In this document: piece after piece, positions 12,500-24,095 of the stretch
How positions within the stretch are numbered: the first letter of the stretch is position 1
Layout of the letters: each line of letters begins with the position of its first letter
Source of the DNA: Mobula hypostoma
Lineage: Eukaryota
Assembly (NCBI RefSeq): GCF_963921235.1
Contig: NC_086097.1
Location: forward strand, 120,096,001 to 120,160,000
Length of the DNA: 64,000 bases
Direction of reading: 5' to 3'
Notes under the pieces: generated by a model
What the model saw: the letters and a program-made list of their open reading frames with translations, nothing else
The model's database searches: none
What the model was told of the DNA's origin: nothing
Made by a program: the position numbers and the translations under genes

Positions 12500-12810
12500 T
12501 AGTATCTAACGAGTATGTCATGAACAGAGCAAACGCAAAAAGAGAAATAATGTATGAGATCATAAAAAGGCAACGTAACTTCATTGGATATGTGACTGGG
12601 AAAGAGGAGTTAGAATGCACGGTGATTATGGGAAAGATTGAAGGGAAGAAAGCAAGAGGAAGGCAAAGACAAATGATGATGAAGACAGCAGCCAGAGAAC
12701 TGGAAATCAGTACCAATGAATTGATCCACTTGACCCAAAACAGCAGTGTGTGGGCCGTGGCAGTCAAAGGTCAAACTGGGCACGTCACCTGATGATGATG
12801 ATGATGACTA
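12500..12810 (+). mobile_element. RTE LINE 3' end
   Basis: ORF 12520-12792 IKRQRNFIGYV...IMGKIEGKKARGRQR and (TGA)n tail. Confidence 0.85.
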
Positions 12811-13029
12811 TGCAGTAATATTTCATGTTCTATCTTCTAAATTTCTGTCAGGCTATCCAAAGCAATATGTCATTGAATAGATTTCTTGAATTGGCCCTCA
12901 TACTTTGCTGCAAAGGAAGGCCATTTTAAGCACTTCACTTGATGATGTCTCCAGAATGGAACATGGTTGCAAAGAAAAAGAATTTCAGAATGTATATTGT
13001 ATACATTTCCCTGACATTAAATGTACCTT

Positions 13030-13385
13030 TGAAACTTTGAATATTATAGATGGAGTAGATATGGAGAGAATGTTTTCTATCACGGGTAAGTCTAGACCCA
13101 GAGAGGACACAGCCTCAGAATGGAAGGATGTCTTTTTAGAACAGAGATGAGGAGGAATTTCTTTAGCCAGAAGGTGGTGAATCGGTAGAATTCATTGCCA
13201 CAGATGACTGGTAGGCATATTTAAAATGGAAGTTAATAGTTTCTTGATTAGTAAAGGCATCAAAGGTTAAGGGGAGAAGACAGGAGAATGGGGTTAAGAT
13301 GGATTATCTGTGGGATTCTCTGCCCAATGAAGCAGTGGAGGCTACTTCAGTAAATATATTTAAGACAAGGTTGGATAGATTTTTG
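13030..13385 (+). mobile_element. CR1 3' fragments
   Basis: GVDMERMFS, FFSQKVVN, LWDSLPNEAVEATSVNIFKTRLDRFL motifs. Confidence 0.75.
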
Positions 13386-13525
13386 CAAGTCCTGGCTCCA
13401 AGTCCAAGTCATGTCCAAGTCTGTCTCCGTGCCTGTGCCCTGCACTTGGGTCTGCTTCTAGTCATGTCCAGCCGCTCTGTGTAACACATTAGCTATGCAC
13501 AAAGTGATATTCGACATGGCATATA

Positions 13526-14092
13526 CACTCAGTGGCTACCTTATTCGATACCTTCTGTACCTAATAAAGTGACCACTGAGTGTATGCTCATGGTCTTCTG
13601 CTCCTGTGGCCCAGTGACTTGCACTTTAGAAGTGTTGTTGTTTCAGAGATGCTCTTCTGCACACCGCTGTTGTAATGTGTGATTATCTGAGTTACTGCCA
13701 CCTTCTTCTCAGCTTGAACCAGTCTGGCCATTTTGTACTGATCTCTCTGATTAAAAAGGCATTTTGATCCACAGAACTTCCACTCACTAGATGCTTTTGG
13801 TGTTTTGCACCATTCTTTTTAAACACTAAAAACACTGTGCGTGAACATCCCAAGAGATCATCAGTTTCTGAAATACTCATACCACTTCGTTTGGCACCAA
13901 AAATCATTTCATGGTCAAGTCACTTAGATCACATTTGTTCCCTATTCTGATGTTTGGTCTGAACAACAACTGAACCTCTTGACTATGTCTACATGCTTTT
14001 ATGTATTGAGTTGCTGCCTCATGATTGGGTGATTAGATATTTGCATTAATGAGCAGGTGTACAGGTGTACCTAATAAAGTGGACACTGAATG
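13526..14092 (-). mobile_element. Non-autonomous Tc1-family element
   Basis: TA-flanked TIRs CACTCAGTGGC..C.TTATT / AATAAAGTGGACACTGAATG; minus-strand remnant MIFGAKRSGMSISET..LLGCSRT (Tc1 N-terminal HTH). Confidence 0.88.
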
Positions 14093-14714
14093 TATATCAG
14101 ATGTCATATTGGACATGGTATATATAACTTAAAGCCAGTGATGCTAGAAAACTATCATAATTTGTCATTGATCAAATGATTTGCAAATCTCACAACACTG
14201 ATTTCATCTTAAAAAGAATTAAGACTTCGCTATATGAAGAATTCTATCCTTTAATCAGCTTCACACCAGTAAATCAGAAATCAGGGGAAACAGAACCATT
14301 TTCATCAATTTTCATAAACTTACAGCATCTCTAAGTTATCTCTTGTAAAAAGACAGACTTCGTAAATGGTTCTTAATAACAACAATCTTTCATCCCTGAT
14401 TGCATCCCACTAAATTTATTCTGTACTTTCTTCTCCTTCCTATAAATGTACACTTAAACCAGTATACAATAGATCAACGGAAGCCTAATTAAGTCTATGT
14501 TGAGACCAAAATTGCCTCTTCTCTTTTTTATTTATGTTCCAGATACAAAATAAGATTCTACCTGTGGTTTGCAGTGCTGTATTTCTGTGTTGCTGGTTTT
14601 AATAACTATGAACTGTATAACAGTACCTTTACATCTTTTCTTTCATCAACACATTAATAATTTCATCAGTTAACAAGTATCTCCATTTTTCATTTTTTAT
14701 TTTCCAATATACAG

Positions 14715-16730
14715 TGCTTTCCATAGGGGGATCAGATGTGGAGAAGGTCGGTAGCTTAAATTCCTTGACATTAACATATCAGTGGATCTGTCCTGGGAAC
14801 AACATTAAAATGCCATCACAAGGAGCGCATGATAGCAACTCTACTTCCTTAGAAGTTTGCGTACATTCAGCATGTCATCTAAAACTTAGACAATCTTCCA
14901 TAGATGCACAATGGAGAGTATTCTGACTGGTTGCATCATGGCCTGAGGTTAAGGTGTTCTGTGTTCAGTATTATCATCTCCATATGAGATTTAGCATGTC
15001 ATATGAAACTTTGACAGGCTTCGGGCATCTACCTGCTGAACAGAGCCTACTCCCATTTGGATAAGCCGGACAGCACGGTGTGGGTCACGGTTTTTTTATT
15101 TCTCAAGTGTTTTTAATAACATAAAGCCGTCATTGCTGGGGAAAAAGCTCCATTCAATGCAGGTTGGGATTTCCATTTTATCCTGGATACTGGACTACCT
15201 GAGTGGCAGACCACAGTTTGTGTGGCTTTAGAGCTGTGTCAGGCATGGCTGAAAATAGCACTGGGGCCCACAGGGGACTGTACTGGCTCCTTTCGTGTTC
15301 ACCCTGTATACTTTGGATTTTAGATATAACACTGGGTCATGTCATCTGGTGACTCAGCAATAGTTGGGTATATAAAGGAGGATGGCAGGATTAATACAGG
15401 GCCCTGGTGGAGGACTTCGTCAGATGGTGCAAGCTGATCATCTGCAGCTTAACATCAGTAACACAAAGGAGAAGGCAATGGACTTTAGGAAGACTGAGCC
15501 TGCACTGCTTCTTATTACTATTGATGGTTTGGATGTGGATGTGGTGAGGACCTACAAGTACCTGGTGGTGTACGTGGATAACAGACTAGACACCAACAGG
15601 GCTATGTACAAGAAGGGCCAGAGTCTTCTCTGCTTCCTGAGGAGACTGAGGTCTTTTGGAGTATGCAGGCCTCTCCTTCACATGCTCAACCAGTCTGTTG
15701 TTGCCAGTACAATCTTCTATGCTGTGGTGTACTGAGGCAGTGGCATCAACACAGGTGATGCCAACAGGCTTAATAAACTGATTAGAAAGGCTGACTCTGT
15801 TATAGGAGTCAAACTGGACACACCGAAGGCTGTAGTAGAACAAAGGACCCTTCAGAAAATCCTGGCAATTCTGGTCAATGTTTCTCAGCCTCTGCATGCC
15901 ACCTTGGTTGAGCAGAAGAGCACTTTTAGTCATAGACTAAGACAACAGCACTGCTCCAAAGAGCACAATATGAGATCATTCTTACCCTCACCCATTAGGC
16001 TCTATAATGAGTCAACCTACAGCCGGGGAAGTGATGACCTCTTCCTGTTGAACTGCTTCTGGTAACTTCTTTTTATTCTTTCTTACATTTCTTCTAATAT
16101 TAGTATATCTGTTCACTTGCAATGCTACTGTGACGCTGTAATTTCTTTTGGGATCAATAAAGCATCAATCTATCCACCCATCTAACTATCTGTAGATGCA
16201 CAGTGGAGAGTATCCTGATTGATTACATAATGACCTTGCATAGAAACACCAATGGCCAGAAAATACTTATATAGTCTATCACAGCAAAGCCTTTTTCATT
16301 ATTAAGTACATTTGCATGAAGCACTGCTACAAGAAAACAACATCCATCATCAAAGAACCCCACCATCTAGGCCATGCTCTCTTCTTGCTACTACTGCCGG
16401 GCAAGAGGTACAGGAGTCTTGGATCCCACACCATCGGATTCAGGAACAATTATTACCCTATGAACATCAGGATCCTGAACCGGTGTGGGTATCTTCAATA
16501 ACCTGAATACTGAACTCACTCCATCACCTATGGACTCACTTTCAAGCAGTCTACAAATCACATTCTCGGTACTATTTTTACTTGCACAGTTTGTTTCTTT
16601 TGCTCCTTTGCTGTATGTCAGTTTTTTTTCTAGATTCTATTATATTTCTTTATCTTTATCTGTAAATTCCTGCAAGAAAATTAATCCAAAGGTAGTATAT
16701 GTTAACAAACAAGTACCCTGATAATGAATT
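14715..16730 (+). mobile_element. Cluster of nested Rex/Babar LINE fragments
   Basis: G.PQGTVLAPF.FTLYT at ~15265, LNISNTKEK.MDFRK..YKYL..KKGQS.L.FLRRLRSF (15382-15735), SIIKEPHHLGHALF.LL.PGKRYRS (16316-16501); (ATCT)-type tail at ~16160. Confidence 0.8.
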
Positions 16731-17134
16731 ATTTTGAACTTCTTTATTTTGCACCTATTTTACAATTTTCCATGAACCTCAATCTGATATCCACAAAATC
16801 TGCAAACCCTGGACCACAGCGTAATTCCGTCTGGAATGCTATTCAGTACCTCCTTTTCAATCAGAGGTCTCTTTTTATCCCAGCTCTTTGCTTTCAGACC
16901 TTCAACCATTTTCCGATTTACATGGACACATACTTCATAGTTCTCTATGCCTTTATGTTTGCCGTCACTCTCATTTTGTTCCTAATTGAATGATTTTTAA
17001 AGAAGAATAGAGAAAAAAAACATTTTCATAGTGGTGCAAACAACAGGAATTCTGCAGATGGTGGAAATTCAAGCAACACACATCAAAGTTGCTGGTGAAC
17101 GCAGCAGGCCAGGCAGCATCTCTAGAAAGAGGTA

Positions 17135-17176
17135 CAGTCGACGTTTCAGGCCGAGACTCTTCGTCAGGACTAACTG
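17135..17176 (-). ncRNA. Minimal hammerhead ribozyme motif
   Basis: CUGACGA and GAAACGUC core intact; one mismatch in stem II (AGA/CCU). Confidence 0.8.
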
Positions 17177-18179
17177 AAGGAAGAGAGAGTAAGGGATTTG
17201 AAAGTGGGAGGGGGAGGGGGAGATCCAAAATGATAGGAGAAGACAGGAGGGGGAGGGATGGAGCCAAGAGCTGGACAGGTGATAGGCAAAGGGGATACGA
17301 GAGGATCATGGGACAGGAGGTCCGGGAAGAAAGATGGGGGGGGGGGAGCCCAGAGGATGGGCAAGGGGTATAGTCAGAGGGACAGAGGGAGAAAAAGGAG
17401 AGTGAGAGAAAGAATGTGTGTATAAAAATAAATAACAGATGAGGTACGAGGGGAAGGTGGGGCATTAGCGGAAGTTACAGAAGTCAATGTTCATGCCATC
17501 AGGTTGGAGGCTACCCAGACGGAATATAAGGTGTTGTTCCTCCAATCTGAGTGTGGCTTCATCTTTACAGTAGAGGAGGCCGTGGATAGACATGTCAGAA
17601 TGGGAATGGGATGTGGGAATAAAATGTGTGGCCACTGGGAGATCCTGCTTTCTCTGGTGGAAAGACCGTTTCGCTGAACACCTACGCTCCGTCTGCCAGA
17701 GAAAGCAGGATCTCCTAGTGGCCACACATTTTAATTCCACATCCCATTCCCATTCTGACATGTCTATCCACGGCCTCCTCTACTGTAAAGATGAAGCCAC
17801 ACTCAGATTGGAGGAACAACATCTTATATTCCGTCTGGGTAGACTCCAACCTGATGGCATGAACATTGACTTCTCTAACTTCCGCTAATGCCCCACCTCC
17901 CCCTCGTACCCCATCCGTTATTTATTTATATACACACATTCTTTCTCTCTCTCTCTCTCTCCTTTTTCTCCATCTATCCCTCTGACTATACCCCTTGCCC
18001 ATCCTCTGGTTCCCCCCCTTGTCTTTCTCCCTGGACCTCCTGTCCCATGATCCTCTCATATCCCCTTTGCCAGTCACCTGTCCAGCTCTTGGTTCCATCC
18101 CTCCCCCTCCTGTCTTCTCCTATCATTTTGGATCTCCCCCTCCCCCTTCCACTTTCAAATCTCTTACTAGCTCTTCCTT

Positions 18180-18221
18180 CAGTTAGTCCCGACGAAGGGT
18201 CTCGGCCTGAAACATCGACTG
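18180..18221 (+). ncRNA. Mutated hammerhead ribozyme motif (probably inactive)
   Basis: Core reads CCGACGA instead of CUGACGA and GAAACAUC instead of GAAACGUC. Confidence 0.7.
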
Positions 18222-20264
18222 TACCTCTTCCTAGAGGTGCTGCCTGGCCTGCTGCATTCACCAGCAACTTTGATGTGATTTTCATAGTGGTCTTCCTTTA
18301 TCTGGTTTTGTGATATCTTCAAACAACCCTCTAATGCGGCTCAAGTTGGAACTACCTTTCAGAACTGCATGTTAACCGGGTTTGATCAGCTCATGTTTCT
18401 CTAAATCCTCAAAAGTTTAATCCTTTACTGTAAATGTTAGCCTCTTACCAACAACAATAATTTTTTTTTGGTTTGTGATTTTTGTGTCACCCTTTTCTCA
18501 AGAGAATGTCTTAATTTCTTTCACACAAATTGTTTCATTCTGTAAAAAACAGATTCAAATCCCTGCTATTGCTTGCTCTAGAGTTGTGACATTTAAGTCA
18601 GCAAATTGCCCATCTTAGTTTTGAATAGAGGCTTTGGTGAAGTTTTGCTTTGACTTAGAAAACGTAGGAACCCATTAAAAAAGAAGACAGTCAAACTCCA
18701 ATGTGCAAAAAAGAACCAGCTGTGCAAGTAGTAAAACGTAGGTAAATAACATTCAGAACTAAAGTTTGTGAATATGAGTTCACAGCCACGAAGCCTGTCA
18801 TCACTTCAACTGGTCCGGAAGCCCATTAGTTGCAGACCATAATCTCACCAAGCAGTGAGCTGAACACCTTGCCTCCAGCCCTGATATCATGACCTTTTCA
18901 ATCTGGCCCAGTACTTGAATCGGCCAAACAGTGTCTCATTTCTTGTTCTCATACTGGGGCCCTGTCGCTTTGTGTGTTCTCGGGACCCCTCCCACCCCAC
19001 CATAAATCCGCCTCACTACGGCCACTTCACCATGGATCTGACGCTTTGAATCAGTTCCAAGTCCATTCCAGAAGTAGCCAAACATTGGCTCACTCCTTGT
19101 TTTCAGGCCCAGGTGCGGCGCCTCAGTTTGGCTCATCCACACCATGTGTGCAACCGTCTCTCACCTTTGAGACTTCAGCTCACACTGCAAAAATGCCAGG
19201 TGATACGGGCAGCTCAAAAGCTCAACTCTGAAAGGGAAGTTACAGGCTACTGATGGCAGTGATCCTTGTCCAGAAAAAATGTGATTAATGGAGTAGTTGG
19301 TTGATTTGTTCACTGTGAGCAAGGCACTTTGTTTCACTGGCTTGAATTTAATGCTCGACAATTAACTGGTTCTTGTGTCTCCTGCACATATGGACACCTG
19401 GATTATAGAATGAAATCTGCTGAGCTATTTTTAAATGGTTATTTTGCTGCAGTAGTGCTTTGGTGGGATATTCATATGATTTGGGGATTAAAATGGAGCA
19501 GTCTCCTTGACATACGTAATACCTCTGTGGATTGCCACGTGTTCTCTAGCATCCTGACTCAGAGTTACATATCTCCCCTTTTTTTTTTCTTCCTAAATAT
19601 GTTAGTCAAGACAATCAAGGGATCAGTCACTGTTAGAATTACTGTGCAAAGACCATTAGTTCTGATCTTGAATACATGGTGAAGGAATTATGGGAATGGG
19701 ATAAATTTATTATGATGATACTGGAATGAGGCTACAGCTAAAAGGAGAGAGTGAAGAATATTAAGACATTTATCAGATGAATCAGTAACATTAAGAAATC
19801 AAATAGACCTCTTTATTGTAGTCATATTATGCATGACGTTTGATAGATTAAATTAGAAAAGGTTATTTCCACAGACAAAAATAGGTTGAGAATTATACCA
19901 TAAAAAATTATGAATGTCACCCAAAAATCATACGAATTTGCGAAGGATCTTTTTAGCAGTCATTTAGAAAACAGCAGTGAAAGCTGAGTCCAGTGATACT
20001 TTAAAGAAGAAGTGGGCAATGAAGAAAGGTGTGAGTGGAAATACAAATGCAGTGGGGCTACTACTGTTATTCAAAGCATATTAAAAATTAGCTCATCAGT
20101 CAAAACCGTTCCAGTATGTTTTATGAAATCAATAGCTTACAGCTAACTAAACAAATATATAGATATAGTAATTTAATTTTACAAACATTCTTTTTTGATA
20201 TAAACTCTGATAACTCCTCATTACACAATTTCATTTTGTATGTGATATTCAAATACTAGGCAGT

Positions 20265-20770
20265 GCAGGTTTGTCTCCAGCTCTTGATTCACTCTCTCAG
20301 TCTGGCCATTAGATTGGGGGTGGAAACCAAATGAGATGCTAGCTGTGGCTCCCTAAAGAGAATGGAAAGCCTTCCAAAAAAGGGATGTGAACTGTGACCC
20401 TTGATCAGACACCATGTCCTGAGGGAAATCTTGCAGCCTGAACACGTGTTGGACTGTGAGGGTGGCAGTCTCACAGGCTGACTGGTGTTTGGGGGGAGAA
20501 GTGAAGTGAGCAGCTTGGGAGAACCGGGCCATGATCACCAGAATGATAGTGTTTTCATCTGAAGAGCCCAGTGATGAAATCCAGCAAAATGTGGGACCAT
20601 TAACGGTGAGCACAAGCAGCGGGCATAGCAGATGTGCAGGGCACTGATATGACGCATTGTTCTGTGCACACGTATGACTGGCAGAGACAAAGTCGTGGAC
20701 ATCCTCAGACACAGACTTCCACCAAAATTGTCTCTTTAAAAATTCTAGAGTCTGTTGAATTTCCGGAAGG
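20265..20770 (-). mobile_element. Old Gypsy (sushi/Tf2-like) integrase fragment
   Basis: DVHDFVSA.HTCAQN, HVFRL..FPQDMVSDQGSQFTS.FWKAF, then [12 protein letters not shown]. Confidence 0.85.
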
Positions 20771-20899
20771 TCAATCAGATGGAATGAGTGACTCTACTCC
20801 AACATTATAGGGTGCACAGTGGCAGGAACAAACAGCCAGTTGGGATGTCTCCCACCTGGGCCTGTAGTCGACTGTTGGGCTGCCCTCACCTCTGCCTCT

Positions 20900-22570
20900 A
20901 TACACCGAATCACATGAGCAACAATGCATGAGCAATGCAAGGATGGATTCTGAATTGGCATTGTCCTCTGAGATTATAGCTGGGAGCTTATCATCCAAGG
21001 ATACACATTGTATCAAAAGGACAGGCAGGTAGGCAGAGAGGCTGGCGTGCCTCTGTTGGTGGAAAAAATGAAATCAAATCATTAGAAAGAGGATACATAG
21101 GATTGGAAGGTATTGAATTATTGTGGGTAGAGCTAAGGAAATGCAAGGATAAAAAGACACTGATGGGAGTTTAAATACAGATCTCCAAACAATAGTAGAG
21201 ATGTGGTCTACAAATTACAAATTGCATGCCCAAAGGGCAATGTTATGAGAGTCATAGGGGATTACAATATGCAGGTAGTTTGGGAAAATCAGGTTGTTGC
21301 TGGATCTCAAGAGGGAGAATTTCTAAAATGCTTATGAGGAGGCTTTTTAGAGCAGCTCATTGTTGACCCCACTAGGGGATCGGCTATTTTGGATTGGGTG
21401 TTGTGCAATGAACCGTAAAGGTAAAGGAAGCCTTAGGAGTCAGTGATCATAATATGATAGAATTCACCCTGCAATTTGAGAAGGAGAAGATGTATCATTA
21501 TTACAGTGGCACCAGTGGCAGATCAGGTGAATCAACAAGATAGGAGAGCTGTTCCCTATGATTGCCTTCTAGCACAAGTTGGATGCGTTTTGTAGAAACA
21601 TGGATCATGCTGTCGCCCAGAGGCTGAGCATCCAGAGCCTTGACATGGATATTCTCTCTCAAATTCTGCATCAGAACTCTCCATCACTGAACCAGAGTGA
21701 TGCTCATGAGGTTCCTAACTGCTCCAGAATGAATAAGCCAATGGGTCTGGGATACCCTGCCCTACCTCACCTCACAACAAGGAAACTGGGAGCATTACGC
21801 AATTAGGGGAAAATGCTTGCAGGGAGAATCAGCCTGTCAGAATTCTCTTTCCTGCTGACAGGTATTCTCCTTTACTGGACTCTTGGGACATGATGCCTGG
21901 AAGTATCCTAAAGTGCCACACTGGAGATTAACAATCTGGAAGAGGTGACTGTGTGTAGTGTATCTAAGTTTGCTGATGACACTAAATTGAGTGAAAAAGC
22001 AAATTGTGTAGAGGGTACAGAGAGTCTGCAGAGAGATACAGATAGGTTAAGTGTATGGGCAATGTTGATAAATGTGAGGTCATCCACTTTGGAAGGGAAA
22101 ATGGTAGATCAAATTATTATTTAAATAGTAAAAGATTACAGCATGCTGCTGTGCAGAAGGACTTAGAAGTTCTTGTGCATGAATCAGAAAAGGTTGGCAG
22201 GTGCAGCAGGCTATCAAGAAGGCAAATGGGAATGTTGGCCTTCATTCCATTTAGAGGGATTCCATTCATTCCAATGCGGGAGGGATTGAATTTATGAGGA
22301 GGAAAGTTATGCTGCAACTGTACAGGGTACTGGTGAGGCTGCATCCGGAGTACTGTGTGCAGTTCTGTTCTCCTTATTTGAAGAAGAATATACTGACTTT
22401 GGCGGCAGTGCAGAGGAGGGTCACCAGGCTGATTCCAGAGATGAGGGGGTTAGACTATGAGGAGAGATTGAGTTGCCTGGGACTGTCCTGGTTGGAATTC
22501 AGAAGAATGAGAAGGATCTTATGGAAACATATAAAATTATGAAAGAGATGGATAAGGTAGAGGCAGGACC
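20900..22570 (+). mobile_element. Degenerate CR1 LINE (endonuclease part ~20900-21510; RT part ~21930-22570) with intervening sequence
   Basis: GDYN, PTRGSAILDWVLCN, SDHNMIEF, KFADDTK, DKCEVIHFG, MLQLYRVLVR motifs. Confidence 0.8.
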
Positions 22571-22574
22571 TTTC

Positions 22575-23140
22575 CTCTCTTATTCTTTCCAACCCTTTAC
22601 TTCTTCCATTTATCACCATCCACTTATCTCGCTTCTGACTTGATTTTACATATCACCTGCCAGCTTGTATCCTTCACCCCCCACCTTCTTATTCTTGCTT
22701 CTTCCCCCTTTTTATCTGCCTTGATGAACCGTCTTGAGGGAGGCCACTGAGTGTATATCAAGGCATTGCTCTTTCTCTGTTGAGTTTACTCATATCTGAA
22801 TATGAACTTGAAATCTTTTCTTACACCTCACCATTTCATGGGTTGGAACATAATGTTATCACAACAGATCATCCTCTACAGCTTCCGCCATCTCCAAAGG
22901 AATCCGATCACTCAACATAACTTTACCTCCCCACCCTCTCTGCTTTCCACAGGGATTGTTCCCGCAGTGGTTCCTTTGTCCATTCATCCCATTCCTCTAA
23001 TCTTCATCCCGTCATTCAGCCCTGCAAGGAATCTAAGTGCTGCAGCTGCCCATTTGCCTCCTCCCTCTCCTCCATTCAGGACCCCAAACAGTCCTTCTAG
23101 GTGAGGCAACACTTCACCTATGAATCTGCTGGAGAAGTCT
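22575..23140 (+). mobile_element. Old Penelope-like fragments (3' UTR-like piece; linker upstream of GIY-YIG)
   Basis: SFRHLQRNPITQH..SPP, PCK..KC..C and PKQSF.VRQHFT.ESAG across frameshifts. Confidence 0.7.
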
Positions 23141-23799
23141 GCAGACTTTCTTGCATTTACCTAAAGTTATAGCCCATTCTTCAAGTAAAAAAGTGTCGAC
23201 ACTCTAGAGGACCTACATCTTCAATGACTTCACCTTTCCCACTCAGATTCAATATGATCCTCCCTCCCAAGCACAATTGTCATAAGGTTATCTGATCAAA
23301 TGTACTTCTAATATAAAGAAATTTTGCACCAAAAACTCTAAGTGACTTCATAGGTTGCTACGTTGGCAATTTGATTTCATCAAAATTGGCTGTGTAGTTT
23401 GTTGAATAAATGTTGAATGCTTTAAAACACCTACATGGAATCTATTATATCTGAAAGTACCATTTACTAGTCCAAAACAATGAGCTGGGAAAGTAATGAT
23501 CAGTTCTCCAGCAAAGTAAGATTTACAATAAATTACAGTCAAAGGATCCTTATTTTCAATCTCCTGTAGCTTATTTTAGTTTATTTCAATCAGTAATTCA
23601 GTGGGTGGTATACAATATATTCTTGCAATATTTTGGAGGCAAGAAACCATGATAAATTTTGGCATTTAGGGTCAGGCCCATACTTTTGGAGGCTTGTGTC
23701 TGTGCGCAGTACTTTTTAAAAAACTAAGATTCTTGCTTTTATAAGAATCATAATTTTAATAATATATTATTAAAATATTTGTTATATTTATAAGAAATT

Positions 23800-24095
23800 G
23801 TAGCATAGCAGTTAGTGCATGCTTCTACAGCTCAGGGCATTCTAGAGTTCAGAGTTCAATTCTGGCACCATTCTGTCAGGGAGTCTCTGTACGTCCTTTC
23901 CATGGAATTCGTGGATTTTCCCTGGGTGTCCTGGTTTCCTCCCACTGTCCAAAGGCTAATGGGTAGATTAATTGGTCATTGTAAATGTGCCCATAATTAG
24001 ATTGGGGTTAATTGGTGTTATAGGATTACTGGGACAGCATGGCTCCAAGGGCCAAAAGGGCCGACTCCAAGCTGTATCACTAAATAAGTAAATAA
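23800..24095 (+). mobile_element. V-SINE (HE1-like)
   Basis: tRNA-like head, GGATTTTCCCTGGGTGTCCTGGTTTCCTCCCACTGTCCAAAG V-like domain, (TAAA)n tail. Confidence 0.75.

Larger units (their letters stand above)
17036..18277. mobile_element. Penelope-like element, tail-out palindrome with GIY-YIG C-terminus in both arms
   Basis: Inverted arms meeting at loop 17658-17695; RFAEHLRSV..LVATHFNS..HSHSDM..LRLEEQHLIFRLG.LQPDGMN on + (to 17888), with most of it mirrored on -; 14-bp TSD ATTTTCATAGTGGT (17022-17035, 18278-18291). Confidence 0.93.

Noticed and set aside
16971..18313. Pro/Leu/Ser-rich ORFs of 164 and 141 aa
   Set aside because: Read-through of the low-complexity Penelope 3' UTR in both palindrome arms
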